This document shows, piece by piece, positions 42,238 through 52,409 of a DNA stretch of 64,000 nucleotides. The position numbers were made by a program, and so were the translations under genes. The DNA is from Pedobacter sp. (GTDB lineage: Bacteria > Desulfobacterota > Desulfuromonadia > Desulfuromonadales > Syntrophotaleaceae), in NCBI GenBank assembly GCA_050253415.1, contig JBFWJC010000008.1, positions 54,499 to 118,498 on the forward strand, written 5' to 3'. Position 1 is the first letter of the stretch. Each line of letters starts with the position of its first letter. The notes under the pieces were generated by a model that saw nothing but the letters and a program-made list of their open reading frames with translations, was not told the DNA's origin and did not search any database.

Positions 42238-42774
42238 GTGAACACGAAAATGGTTCTCCTTTTTCTGTTACTAACGATACTGGCCCTGGCCGGAAGGGAG
42301 ACAATCATGGCCATGGAAATCAGCTCTCCTGCTTTTGCCGCTGGCGGCACCATCCCGACGCAATACACCTGCCAGGGGGACAACCTTTCTCCTCCTCTTT
42401 CCTGGACAGGAATTCCGGAGCAGACAAAAAGCCTGGTTCTCATTATCGATGACCCCGATGCCCCCGATCCGCAAGCCCCGAAAATGACCTGGGTCCATTG
42501 GGTGCTTTACAATCTCCCGCCGGACAGTGGCGGGCTCCCCGAAGCAGCGAAAAAACTCCCCCCGGGGACGGAACAAGGGCTTAATGACTGGAATAAAACC
42601 GTCTACGGCGGCCCCTGCCCGCCGATTGGCCGTCATCGTTACTTTCACAAACTCTACGCCCTGGATATCGTCCTGACAGGGCTTAACCGGCCTACCAAGA
42701 CCCTTATCGAACAAGCCATGGTTGGCCATATTCTGGACCAGACGGAGCTGATCGGTACTTATCAGAAACGCTGA
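42238..42774 (+). CDS. YbhB/YbcL (PEBP-like) protein
   Basis: SPPLSW, DDPDAP, WVHWV, YGGPCPP.G.HRY. Confidence 0.9.
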   Translation: MNTKMVLLFLLLTILALAGRETIMAMEISSPAFAAGGTIPTQYTCQGDNLSPPLSWTGIPEQTKSLVLIIDDPDAPDPQAPKMTWVHWVLYNLPPDSGGLPEAAKKLPPGTEQGLNDWNKTVYGGPCPPIGRHRYFHKLYALDIVLTGLNRPTKTLIEQAMVGHILDQTELIGTYQKR

Positions 42775-42810
42775 ACGACAGATCGGTGCGAGCGAAACCG
42801 GCTTCAACGC

Positions 42811-45800
42811 CTATGAGGCCTGCACCAGGGCAAGAAATTCATCCCGCGCCATGGGCTGACTGCAAAGGTAACCCTGATAACGGTCGCATTGTTGTGAGCT
42901 GAGAAACGCTAACTGCTCGAACGTTTCCACCCCTTCGGCCACGGTGGTCAGCCCAAGACTATGTGCCATCTGGATGGTAGCCTGAACGATGGCGGCATCT
43001 CCCGGGTCGCTGCATACGTCCTGAACGAAAGTACGGTCAATCTTGATTTCGTCAACGGCATAGCGTTTCAGATAACTGAGACTGGAATAGCCGGTACCGA
43101 AATCGTCCAGGGATATGCCCACCCCGAGCTTTTTCAGGGCGAACAAAGTCTGTCGAACCCGATCGTCCTCTTCCATGAAAATACTTTCCGTCAATTCGAA
43201 ATACAGGTGTTTAGGATTAATGTTGTGGGCTTCCAGGATATCCTTGGCCCGGGAGGCAAAATTTTCCTGAAATATCTGTACCGCAGACAGGTTGACAGCC
43301 ATAGTCAGGTCAACCAACCCCTTTGCCTGCCAGAGGTTTAACTGACGACAGGCTTCTTCCAGTATCCATTCACCCATAGGCACAATCAGGCCGGAATCCT
43401 CGGCTATTGGTATGAGCCTATCCGGTGAAATTAGCCCCTGCACCGGATGGCGGAAACGAAGCAAAGCTTCTGCGCCGATGATACGTCCGGAAGCTATATC
43501 GACCTGTGGTTGATAATGCAGGAAAAAGTCCTGCTCTTCCAGAGCCTCCCTCAGACTGTTTTCAAGGTTAAGACGATTGCGGATCCGGTGATCCATTTCG
43601 CTTTGGAAAAACATGAAGTTATTGCGCCCTCTTTCCTTGGCGGCATACATGGCTGTATCGGCATTGCGGAAAAGGGTATCGAGGTCGGAGCCATCCTCGG
43701 GAAAGAGGCTGATCCCCATACTGGCCGACATACGCACGGTATGACCGTCCAGCGAAAAAGGCTTTTCCAGGTTTTCCTGGATTTTTTGGACTATTTTCCC
43801 GGCGTCCTGGGACATTTCAAGATCGGTCAACATGACCACAAACTCGTCCCCCCCAGGGCGACAGATCACATCGGCACGGCGCAGGCTGTTTTCCAATCGC
43901 CGCGCCACCTGTATCAGCAATTTATCCCCTAATGCATGCCCCAGTGCATCGTTGACCATTTTAAACTTGTCGAGATCGATGAGGCAAAAGGCCAGCCTGC
44001 GATCATCCCGTTGTGCTCTGGATGATTCCTGAACGAATCGTTCTTTGAGCAAAATACGATTGCCCAGTCCGGTCAACTGATCGTAATGCGCCAGACAAAC
44101 AATATGCTCGCGGGCCTGCTTCTGTTCGGATATATCCATAAACAGCGCGACAATATTTTCAACTTTGCCTTGTCCGTCGTACAAAGGAGCGGTAAACAAC
44201 AGCATATCGAGCAGTGTACCGTCCCGGCGTTGCTGCGTCACTTCTACCCCCCGCAACAATTCACCGTTCTTTGCCTGTTCTATTTTTTGGAAAAATTCTT
44301 GTTTCAACTCATGGGGAACCAAGGGCAGGACCCTGCCGGATATCTCCTTTTCCGTCCAACCGAACACCTGCTCCGCAGACTGGTTCCAAAAAAGGGTCCG
44401 GCCTTTCAGGTCGTTGATCATGACCGGTAACGGCGTTGCCTGAAAAACGGCCGTAAGCGTAGCACTTGTTTTCCGGAGCCGCTCCTCGGCCTTTTTCCTG
44501 GCCAGCTCTTTATCAAAATTATTCAGAGCAAAGGAAATGTCGGTTGCCATTTCTTCCAGCACCGCCACCAGATCCGATTCAAAAAACTCTTTTTCGGCAG
44601 CATACAGATTAAGTGTTCCGAATAAATATTCACCCCTGAAAAGCGGAAACAAGGCGACCGAACGAAATCCGAAGCGTTCGGCCAACTTCAGGCAATCGCG
44701 CATCACAGGATCGCGAGCTATGTCATTACAGATAAAAGAGCATTGTGACTGAATCACCTGCAAGGTCGGACCATGTCCACCCTCACCACGAAGAGCAAAA
44801 CTGTTTATGGAATCGAGAAACGCCTGTTCCGTGCTGAACCCGGCAACCGGGGAAATCTTCCCCCTGGTCTGATCGACCGAAGTGATGACAGCCATATGCA
44901 GCGCCCCCAGTTCGACGGCAATCCGGCAAATTTCATCAAACAGTGCCTGTCGATCCTGGTGACGGACAATCGCCTGGTTGGTCTGGCTCAACACATTATA
45001 AAGCCGGGTAAGGCTTTTGATTTTATGTTCGGCATGTTTTCGTTCGCTGATGTCGCGGATGATCGACTGGCACCACATCTCCCCCTCAACCTCGACGCGT
45101 CGGGAGCTGACCTCGACCGGGAAAACAGTGCCATCAGCCCGGCAGTGTACGGTTTCAAACATCACACCTTCGTCGTAGGCCTTTTTCCAATAATCGTCGA
45201 AATCTGACAGAGTATCGGGAGCACGCAGTTTACGGATATTCAAACTGGTCAGAGTATCCCTGGGGTAGCCATAGGTCGCCACGGCCCGATCATTGGCCTC
45301 AATGATACAACCCTCTGCATCCATTAACAGAATGATGTCATTGGCAAACTTCGTAAGATACTCCAAATGCTTGAGCAAAGCTTGCCGCTGTAACTGACCT
45401 TGCAGCCATTCCAATGCATAACTGGCGCTCTGCTGTCGCCACCATAACCCAATACCGATCGCAGAAACCCCGATCAGGAAAAGAACCGCCGCTCCAGAGG
45501 CGAGACTCAAGCGCAGTAAGGGACGATAAACCTCTTCCCGGTCAACTTTGGTAATCAGCAGCCAATCGGAATCGGGAACCACCTCGGCTGCAGCCAAAAC
45601 CGGCACGCCCCGATAATCGAGAATTTCCGAGAGTCCCGAGCGGTTAACTCTTTGCAAAAAAGCCTGTAAACGGCCATCATCCCCGGTAGTGCCAAGTATG
45701 AGTTTCCTTTCTGCATTATGTTGAAAGGTAACAAGGGCTGGCGACCCGTTATTGACATTCTGGACCAGCAGCGTTTCAGCGCTACGCGTTCCACCGGGCC

Positions 45801-46671
45801 ACCAATGTAACCCGGGGAACAGCTTGTTTACACCTGCCATGCGAAACACAACAACGCCGAACATCTTTTTTCCAGGCGTTGAACCGTTAATCAGTGGCAC
45901 AACGAAATCGATGACATGGGGGCCTCTGGGCTGGGGCACATGGAAAGCGGAAAATAACGGCCGGCCCTCCCGCAGAACCTTCGCCATAACCGCCGGTTCA
46001 GGAAGCACAGCAGAGTGTTCGGAAGCGGTAAAACGTAGCGCCCCTGAAGCATCACACATGACAATGGCGTGATACCCATACCCCCGTCTTACGGCATCCA
46101 TGCGTCTGGAGATGCGTTCCGGAACGGCACCGCCAGTGCCTGGTTGTTGAAGCCAATCCTGTAGGGAGGCCATAAAACTGGCATCTCCTGTAATGGTCGC
46201 GACATCCCCGAGCCGTTCCTGTCGCCAGGCATTAACCTCCCGGGCTTTCAAACCTGCCAGGTTGACCAGATCCGCCCATGCATTCTTACGCATTGTTGCG
46301 GAAACCTGCCGATAAGAGGTTATGCCAGCAACAACAAGCACCACTATTGTCATCAGAAAAATACCCACCGGCACCCAGAGCCGAAGGTGATTTTTTCGAA
46401 GCGTCGCACGCATGTTGGAATCTTGCGAATCGCGGGATAAGGCAAGGGTACACTCAACAGCCACCTTGGAAGCCGTACTACGCAGTGCCAGATAGAAGTA
46501 TATGGCGGTCCCCAGGACAAAAATCACCCCTTTGACGGACTGCCACACTACTGTGGACCCGGAGTCAGGGAAAAAGCGTTCCAATAGATAATCTGTACCC
46601 AGGATCCAGGCGCATCCCATCACCAGATAAAGACAAACATTCAGTATCATGAATTTTTTGGAACAGAACAT
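42811..46671 (-). CDS. Membrane PAS-GAF-PAS GGDEF/EAL protein
   Basis: N-terminal TMs; intact GGDEF, EAL, DDFGTGYSS. Confidence 0.9.
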   Translation of the reverse strand: MFCSKKFMILNVCLYLVMGCAWILGTDYLLERFFPDSGSTVVWQSVKGVIFVLGTAIYFYLALRSTASKVAVECTLALSRDSQDSNMRATLRKNHLRLWVPVGIFLMTIVVLVVAGITSYRQVSATMRKNAWADLVNLAGLKAREVNAWRQERLGDVATITGDASFMASLQDWLQQPGTGGAVPERISRRMDAVRRGYGYHAIVMCDASGALRFTASEHSAVLPEPAVMAKVLREGRPLFSAFHVPQPRGPHVIDFVVPLINGSTPGKKMFGVVVFRMAGVNKLFPGLHWWPGGTRSAETLLVQNVNNGSPALVTFQHNAERKLILGTTGDDGRLQAFLQRVNRSGLSEILDYRGVPVLAAAEVVPDSDWLLITKVDREEVYRPLLRLSLASGAAVLFLIGVSAIGIGLWWRQQSASYALEWLQGQLQRQALLKHLEYLTKFANDIILLMDAEGCIIEANDRAVATYGYPRDTLTSLNIRKLRAPDTLSDFDDYWKKAYDEGVMFETVHCRADGTVFPVEVSSRRVEVEGEMWCQSIIRDISERKHAEHKIKSLTRLYNVLSQTNQAIVRHQDRQALFDEICRIAVELGALHMAVITSVDQTRGKISPVAGFSTEQAFLDSINSFALRGEGGHGPTLQVIQSQCSFICNDIARDPVMRDCLKLAERFGFRSVALFPLFRGEYLFGTLNLYAAEKEFFESDLVAVLEEMATDISFALNNFDKELARKKAEERLRKTSATLTAVFQATPLPVMINDLKGRTLFWNQSAEQVFGWTEKEISGRVLPLVPHELKQEFFQKIEQAKNGELLRGVEVTQQRRDGTLLDMLLFTAPLYDGQGKVENIVALFMDISEQKQAREHIVCLAHYDQLTGLGNRILLKERFVQESSRAQRDDRRLAFCLIDLDKFKMVNDALGHALGDKLLIQVARRLENSLRRADVICRPGGDEFVVMLTDLEMSQDAGKIVQKIQENLEKPFSLDGHTVRMSASMGISLFPEDGSDLDTLFRNADTAMYAAKERGRNNFMFFQSEMDHRIRNRLNLENSLREALEEQDFFLHYQPQVDIASGRIIGAEALLRFRHPVQGLISPDRLIPIAEDSGLIVPMGEWILEEACRQLNLWQAKGLVDLTMAVNLSAVQIFQENFASRAKDILEAHNINPKHLYFELTESIFMEEDDRVRQTLFALKKLGVGISLDDFGTGYSSLSYLKRYAVDEIKIDRTFVQDVCSDPGDAAIVQATIQMAHSLGLTTVAEGVETFEQLAFLSSQQCDRYQGYLCSQPMARDEFLALVQAS

Positions 46672-46991
46672 GGCGACCTTCTCTATCCCACTAATAATCA
46701 AAAATGCTGGACATAGAAAAACCCGTGGAGCCTGACATGCAATTCAATTTAAACAGACAACAATCATACTGCATATAATATGTATACGATTCTATTGCGT
46801 GAACGCTATCTTTATTTATTTCATCCCCAGACCATGCAATCCTAAGAGCCTTCACAGGCGGCGTTATGCGAGGATCTGTCACCTTAGATGATAATGCCTG
46901 GAGGCAGAAAAAGCATGCTACTAGCAACCCAACATGCTAAATCGAATCGGAATGTCTGCGAAGAGCACGCCATCAAGATAAGCGATTTATA

Positions 46992-47021
46992 TTGACATAC
47001 GAACAAGTCTTCAGGTATCGT
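46992..47021 (+). promoter_or_regulatory. Sigma70 promoter for riboswitch-htpX transcript
   Basis: TTGACA-N18-TATCGT ending 9 nt before the aptamer. Confidence 0.7.
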
Positions 47022-47030
47022 TATCCCCAT

Positions 47031-47144
47031 TAAAGGGGAGTAGCAATCGGTGCGAGAAAACACCGACCCGTCATTCGTCATTACGGCAGTATTACAGCCC
47101 GGATGCGGGGTTACGACACCACGTCGAAATCTGCAAGACCTTTA
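47031..47144 (+). ncRNA. yybP-ykoY (Mn2+) riboswitch aptamer
   Basis: TAAAGGGGAGTAGC...CGTCATTACG...GCAAGACCTTTA; P1 TAAAGG/CCTTTA. Confidence 0.85.
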
Positions 47145-47187
47145 TCCACTACATGTCTTCATGTTGCGGGTAAAGGTCTTTTCTTTT
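47135..47187 (+). terminator. Riboswitch terminator overlapping aptamer P1
   Basis: AAGACCTTTATCC pairs with GGGTAAAGGTCTT, then TTCTTTT. Confidence 0.85.
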
Positions 47188-47224
47188 ACCCGCAACGCAA
47201 CCAGAGCGTTCGGAGGTAAAAGAA

Positions 47225-48088
47225 ATGAATTACATCAAAGTTACCCTTTTTCTAACTTGCCTTACCCTGCTGCTCATCGCCATGGGCGGCGCCATCGGCG
47301 GCCATTCCGGAATGGTTATCGCTTTGCTGCTGGCCGGGGGTATCAACTTCTTCAGCTACTGGTACTCCGATAAAATCGTACTGAGGATGTACAAAGCCCG
47401 GGAAATCTCCGCAACGGATAACCCGGCCTTTCATGGCATGGTCAAGCGCCTTGCACTGCAGGCGAACATGCCTGTGCCCAGAATATTTATCATCCCCTCA
47501 GACTCTCCGAACGCCTTCGCCACCGGACGCAATCCCCACAACGCTGCCGTTGCCGCCACCGAAGGGATCATGCGCCTGCTCTCCGAGGATGAACTCGAAG
47601 GCGTCATGGCCCATGAACTGGCCCACGTACGCAACCGTGACACACTGATCTCCACCATTGCCGCCACCTTCGCCGGTGCTATAGCCATGCTCGGCAACAT
47701 GCTGCAATGGACCGCTATTCTGGGTGGTGGCAGCAGCGATAATGAAGGAAGAGGCAACCTGCTCGGCAGCCTTGCCCTGGCGTTGGTCGCCCCGCTGGCA
47801 GCCATGGTAATCCAGATGGCCGTATCCCGTTCCCGCGAATATCTGGCCGATGCTTCGGGCGCTGAAATCTGCGGCAAGCCGTTGGCGCTGGCCGATGCCC
47901 TGCGCAAACTGCAAATCGGCACCCGGTCGATTCCCATGCCGGAGTCGACCCCCGCCACATCCCACATGTTTATCGTCAACCCCCTGAGCGCCGGGTCACT
48001 GCGAGGCATCTTCGCCACCCATCCTCCCATGGAGGAACGCATCGCTCGTCTGCAAGCGATGGCACTCAAACGTAATGAGCCGAACTGA
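47225..48088 (+). CDS. htpX: Membrane zinc metalloprotease HtpX
   Basis: [32 protein letters not shown]. Confidence 0.95.
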   Translation: MNYIKVTLFLTCLTLLLIAMGGAIGGHSGMVIALLLAGGINFFSYWYSDKIVLRMYKAREISATDNPAFHGMVKRLALQANMPVPRIFIIPSDSPNAFATGRNPHNAAVAATEGIMRLLSEDELEGVMAHELAHVRNRDTLISTIAATFAGAIAMLGNMLQWTAILGGGSSDNEGRGNLLGSLALALVAPLAAMVIQMAVSRSREYLADASGAEICGKPLALADALRKLQIGTRSIPMPESTPATSHMFIVNPLSAGSLRGIFATHPPMEERIARLQAMALKRNEPN

Positions 48089-48165
48089 GTCCGGCAAATA
48101 GAAAAACGGCCAGCCTTGCCGGCAAGTACCGCGTCTCCCGACTACCCTTAAACCCAAGTGAGCTT

Positions 48166-49392
48166 ATGACTGTTCAAACTATCCGTGATTTCCTGAAACT
48201 CGAATCGTCCAGCGGCCTTATCCTTATCGGTGCCATGCTGCTGGCTCTCATATGCGCCAACTCGCCCCTCTCCATACTCTATGACGGGTTGTTGCAAACT
48301 TCTGTAGAAATTCACATCGGAGCACTCCATCTTGCCAAACCCCTGCTACTGTGGATCAACGACGGCCTGATGGCTGTATTTTTCCTACTCGTAGGGCTCG
48401 AGGTCAAACGCGAGATCCTCGAGGGAGAACTCTCCAGCCTGCCCCAGATTGCCATGCCCGGCATTGCCGCTCTCGGCGGCATGGTAGTACCGGCGGTGAT
48501 CTATGCGGGTATAAACTGGTCAAATCCGGCCACCATGCAGGGATGGGCCATACCCGCGGCAACGGATATCGCCTTCGCCCTCGGGGTGATGGCCCTGCTC
48601 GGCAAACGCGTACCGGGCCCTCTGAAACTTTTCCTCCTGACCCTGGCGATTCTGGACGACCTGGGTGCCATCGTCATCATCGCTCTGTTCTATACCGCAG
48701 ACCTCTCCGTCTTCTCCCTGGTTATGGCCGCAATAGCCGTTGCCGGCCTGGCGGTGCTGAATCGTCTCGGCGTCACCCGCATCGCTGCTTATGTCGTACT
48801 CGGTGTGTTCCTGTGGGTATGCGTTCTCAAATCGGGTGTTCACGCCACGCTTGCAGGAGTCGTATTGGCTTTCGCCATTCCATTGCGCGCCAGGGACCAG
48901 CACGGCCACTCGCCCCTGCGGCACCTTGAGCACAACCTGCACCCCTGGGCGGCTTTCGGTATCCTGCCCGTTTTCGCCTTTGCCAATGCCGGGGTTTCCC
49001 TGGCCGGGTTATCTCCTGGGGATCTTTTCACGCCGCTGCCTCTGGGTATCGCCGCAGGACTGTTTGTGGGTAAACAGCTCGGCATCGTCAGCTTCTCCTG
49101 GATAGGGGTAAAACTGGGGCTGGCCCGCCTGCCGCAGGGTATCTCCTGGAGTGAGTTTCATGGCATGGCCGTGTTGTGCGGTATCGGCTTTACCATGAGT
49201 CTGTTCATCGCCACCCTGGCACTGGGCAATGCCGGTCCCGCAACGGGCGATGCGGCGCGCCTGGGAGTCCTGCTCGGATCGTTGGTATCCTCCGTGAGCG
49301 GATATTACCTGCTGCGTCGCGCCACCCGAAAACATGCCGCCGAAGGTGGTATGAAATCAAAGCTGTGCCCGGAGGATGGCGGAGCCGGATAG
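48166..49392 (+). CDS. nhaA: Na+/H+ antiporter NhaA
   Basis: WINDGLMAVFF, GWAIPAATDIAFA, AILDDLGAI, KSGVHAT, GKQLG, GIGFTMSLFI. Confidence 0.96.
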   Translation: MTVQTIRDFLKLESSSGLILIGAMLLALICANSPLSILYDGLLQTSVEIHIGALHLAKPLLLWINDGLMAVFFLLVGLEVKREILEGELSSLPQIAMPGIAALGGMVVPAVIYAGINWSNPATMQGWAIPAATDIAFALGVMALLGKRVPGPLKLFLLTLAILDDLGAIVIIALFYTADLSVFSLVMAAIAVAGLAVLNRLGVTRIAAYVVLGVFLWVCVLKSGVHATLAGVVLAFAIPLRARDQHGHSPLRHLEHNLHPWAAFGILPVFAFANAGVSLAGLSPGDLFTPLPLGIAAGLFVGKQLGIVSFSWIGVKLGLARLPQGISWSEFHGMAVLCGIGFTMSLFIATLALGNAGPATGDAARLGVLLGSLVSSVSGYYLLRRATRKHAAEGGMKSKLCPEDGGAG

Positions 49393-49403
49393 AAGCCGTA
49401 AAT

Positions 49404-49430
49404 TGCGGGGGGCGGGACACGCCCCCCGCA
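49404..49430. terminator. GC stem-loop between convergent genes
   Basis: TGCGGGGGGCG-GGACA-CGCCCCCCGCA. Confidence 0.65.
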
Positions 49431-49438
49431 TGGCATCC

Positions 49439-50929
49439 TTACTTTCGGGAATCGAGCAGATTTCGTTCGCAGACTTTACGGAAATGATAACCATAGATCG
49501 CCAGGGACACCATGATGGGAACCAGACCGGGGCGGTGAAACAGAGTCCAGACAAGGGTCTTCCAATACTGGACACGCTCTTTACCTAAAATCCCCAAACG
49601 AAAAAGAGAGTGGATAAAGGCGCGTTGGCGTTGCAGGGTCGGTTTGGGGCTGGCCACCGGACGTTGGTATTCCTGTAAAAAAGTCCTGATCCGGCGGTAA
49701 TAGTTTTGAGGGGTGTAGAGGGCCAGTAAAAGGGAGCGGTAGCCTTCGAGAAGAGTTTCCATACCCATGACCGGCGCGATATTGGTGCTGCCATCGACAT
49801 TGTCCCCGGAAGTCTCCTGGCACAGTCGACCGGCCCGTTGCAAGCGATCGTAGAGCCGGGTGCCCGGAAGGGCCTGGAGCAAACCGACCATAGCCGTGAC
49901 AATACCGCTGCTTTGGATGAATTCGATCTGTTTTTGAAAAATGGACGGCGAATCGCTGTCAAAACCCAGGATGAAGCCGCCCTGCACCTGCAACCCGGCC
50001 CGCTGCAAACGCTTGACGTCTTCCACCAGGTCACGGTTACGGTTCTGACCCTTCTGGCATTCGGCCAGACTCGCTTCGTTGGGGCTTTCGATGCCGACGA
50101 AAACCGTGTCGAAACCTGCCTCCACCATCATCGCCACCAACGGCTCATCATCGACAAGGTCGATGGAAACTTCCGTAAAAAAGTTGATGCCCCGGTGCTC
50201 TTTTTGCCAGCAGATCAACGCCGGCAGCAAGTCGGTCTTGAGCTGATGTTTGTTGCCGATGAAATTGTCGTCGACGATGAAAATACTGCCGCGCCAGCCT
50301 TGCTCGTACAGAGAGTCAAGTTCAGTGATGAACTGTCGCCCGGTCTTGACGCGCGGACGATGCCCAAACAGGGTGACGATATTGCAAAACTCGCAGCGGA
50401 AGGGGCAGCCCCGCGAATACTGGACGCTGACCGTGCCATAAGCCTTAAGGTCGACAAGCTGCCACGCGGGTGCAGGGGTCTGATTGATATCGGCAAAAGA
50501 ACTGGACGTGTACACCCTGCGGGCCTGCCCCTGCGCCAGATCGCAAAGAAAACCAGGCAGGGTCAATTCCGCCTCATTGAGTACGAAATGGTCCACTTCG
50601 GTGAAAGTTTCATATTCGCTGGTAAATAACGGGCCACCGGCCACGACCAACAGTCCCGCATCTTTGCAGCGTGTAATAAGCTGTCGGGCCGCATTGCGTT
50701 GCACCAGCATGGCGCTGATAAAAACGCCATCCGCCCAGGCGATATCCTTATCCGTCAATGTACAAACATTAAGATCAATCAGGCGCAGGTCCCAACTCTC
50801 AGGCAGCATGGCCGCAATGGTCAGCAACCCCAGCGGTGGGGAAAAGGCCTTCTTACGCACGAACTTCAACGCGTGCTTGAAACTCCAGAAGGTATCGGGG
50901 AATTCAGGATAAAGCAGCAGAACTTTCAT
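49439..50929 (-). CDS. B12-binding radical SAM protein (DUF4070-type C-terminus)
   Basis: PPLGLLTIAA, VAGGP, SRGCPFRCEFC, IVDDNFIGN, GFILGFDSD. Confidence 0.88.
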   Translation of the reverse strand: MKVLLLYPEFPDTFWSFKHALKFVRKKAFSPPLGLLTIAAMLPESWDLRLIDLNVCTLTDKDIAWADGVFISAMLVQRNAARQLITRCKDAGLLVVAGGPLFTSEYETFTEVDHFVLNEAELTLPGFLCDLAQGQARRVYTSSSFADINQTPAPAWQLVDLKAYGTVSVQYSRGCPFRCEFCNIVTLFGHRPRVKTGRQFITELDSLYEQGWRGSIFIVDDNFIGNKHQLKTDLLPALICWQKEHRGINFFTEVSIDLVDDEPLVAMMVEAGFDTVFVGIESPNEASLAECQKGQNRNRDLVEDVKRLQRAGLQVQGGFILGFDSDSPSIFQKQIEFIQSSGIVTAMVGLLQALPGTRLYDRLQRAGRLCQETSGDNVDGSTNIAPVMGMETLLEGYRSLLLALYTPQNYYRRIRTFLQEYQRPVASPKPTLQRQRAFIHSLFRLGILGKERVQYWKTLVWTLFHRPGLVPIMVSLAIYGYHFRKVCERNLLDSRK

Positions 50930-50975
50930 AGACGTTCCCTCCTTGCACCCTTTAGCATACCACGACGAATTCCGT

Positions 50976-51064
50976 GTTCAACACGCCCCTCGGTCAGGTT
51001 TGGATGTCCATTTTAGCAAGGGAAGGCTCAGAACCAGGACATCCTCGCGAACGTCTGGTTAAGC
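50976..51064 (-). repeat. attC (terminal, degenerate)
   Basis: R'' GCTTAAC overlaps cupin stop; GGATGTCC/GGACATCC stem; R' assignment uncertain. Confidence 0.45.
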
Positions 51065-51400
51065 ATTTTCTCGGTCTCCGTGACTAGGTGGAGTTGAAAA
51101 CACCAGGAACTCAAGAACTTGTTCATGCTGATTACTTAGAGTGTGAGGCACGCCAGCGGGCACATGGAAACCTTCATTGGACCCTAGTACGTGAATTGTG
51201 CCAGCGACTTCAAGCGTAGCAAAGCCATTTAGGACATAAAAGAACTGCTCGGCCCTGTTGTGCAAATGACGAACTTCAGCAGAACCACTCGGTACACGTT
51301 CCTGGATCACACTGAGATTCGGAGTTGCCGCAAGGTGCCAGCCGTCGCAATTACCACCCCAAACGTAATGTTTTCCTGTTCGTATTGATGCAATAGCCAT
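51059..51400 (-). CDS. Cassette: cupin domain protein
   Basis: HLHNRAEQFFYVL.G...G.HVPAGVPH. Confidence 0.85.
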   Translation of the reverse strand: MAIASIRTGKHYVWGGNCDGWHLAATPNLSVIQERVPSGSAEVRHLHNRAEQFFYVLNGFATLEVAGTIHVLGSNEGFHVPAGVPHTLSNQHEQVLEFLVFSTPPSHGDRENA

Positions 51401-51412
51401 CGATATTCCTTT

Positions 51413-51617
51413 GCACAACGATTTGGTAACCGGCAACGTCCTTGACCTGTACTCCTGGCAACTGACTAAGGCGTACCGCTTTGACTTTAAACTCATTGTC
51501 GTAACGGTGGGTCTTTTTTGGTCCTTTAGCTTCTGGCATACGACACCTCCTTGTTAGGTCGAGATGTCTATTTTAACGGGAGAAGGTCCACAATCCGCGA
51601 TCACCCAGGGGTTAGAC
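51413..51617 (-). repeat. attC split by IS3 remnant
   Basis: Left arm GCACAAC-GATTTGGTAACCGGC, right arm ATCCGCGATCACCCAGGG-GTTAGAC. Confidence 0.7.
51432..51590 (-). mobile_element. IS3-family remnant (left IR + orfA 5' end)
   Basis: TGGACCTTCTCCCGTTAAAATAGACA end, AGGAGG RBS, MPEAKGPKKTHRYDNEFKVKAVRLSQLPGVQVKDVA truncated. Confidence 0.8.
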
Positions 51618-52172
51618 AAATTCTGCTTTAATGGTGGATGAAGATAGTTTCTTAATTATCCATGCGAATAATGTCGAAATGGCCAATACCATTATTGTGC
51701 TGGCAACTTTCATGATTAGCATCACCTTTTCAAATCCTGGCAGAGCAGTTTGGTTTGCCATTTCAGGCATACTGCTAAACATGGTGAATTGCATCACAAG
51801 CCCGCCAAGGTTCCACAAAATCCCTAAAGACATCAAAACGATAAAAACAATTCTGGCCCAATTCTTTCTTTTCAACAAAGCAATAGCAGCTATAAAACTG
51901 GTTGCGGATACAATTAAAAAGAAGAGAAAAAACAAATCGAAATGGTTAAAAATGAAATTTGCAAATGCAGGCATATGGTCAATATTCTCTACCTGTTGCA
52001 TCGCCTGACCTGTATCTCCCTTGGGAAGCATCATGTGGATCATGATATTTTGCAGAATGCTAATAAATGTTGCGAAACCACCAAAGACGATAAATATCCA
52101 AGCGAGAACAGTTACAAATGTGGAGCGCTGGGGCGCTGCAGATACCGGTTCGGTTTGATTCTCAAATTCCAC
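51612..52172 (-). CDS. Cassette: membrane protein
   Basis: About 4 TMs; GTG start at 52172 after GGAGGGAG; stop in R''. Confidence 0.8.
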   Translation of the reverse strand: MEFENQTEPVSAAPQRSTFVTVLAWIFIVFGGFATFISILQNIMIHMMLPKGDTGQAMQQVENIDHMPAFANFIFNHFDLFFLFFLIVSATSFIAAIALLKRKNWARIVFIVLMSLGILWNLGGLVMQFTMFSSMPEMANQTALPGFEKVMLIMKVASTIMVLAISTLFAWIIKKLSSSTIKAEFV

Positions 52173-52187
52173 TTTCTCCCTCCTTTT

Positions 52188-52250
52188 ACCTAACGATTTT
52201 AATAAGCGGTGGCGACGGAACTGACAAACCCGTAAGAAATGCTTCGAGAA
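52188..52250 (-). repeat. attC half-site (R'/L' arm only)
   Basis: ACCTAAC...ATAAGCGGTGGCGACG shared with attC 59478; partner arm missing. Confidence 0.65.
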
Positions 52251-52402
52251 TCGCCATTGGAGTCTGTAATTCCGAACTCTGCGCCGTTTGATTCGCGAAG
52301 AAAGGACAAGCATGAGGATGGTAAAACGCCTGGAGCCTGTATTAACGGCTCTATTATTTGTTGCGAGGCAGGCCCATTCGTCACTTCGAAATACTCTTTC
52401 AT
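52199..52402 (-). pseudogene. Truncated SMI1/KNR4-like cassette
   Basis: MKEYF...GPAS.Q.I..L.......LPSSCLSFLRESNG then runs into attC sequence. Confidence 0.5.
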
Positions 52403-52409
52403 ACATTCC

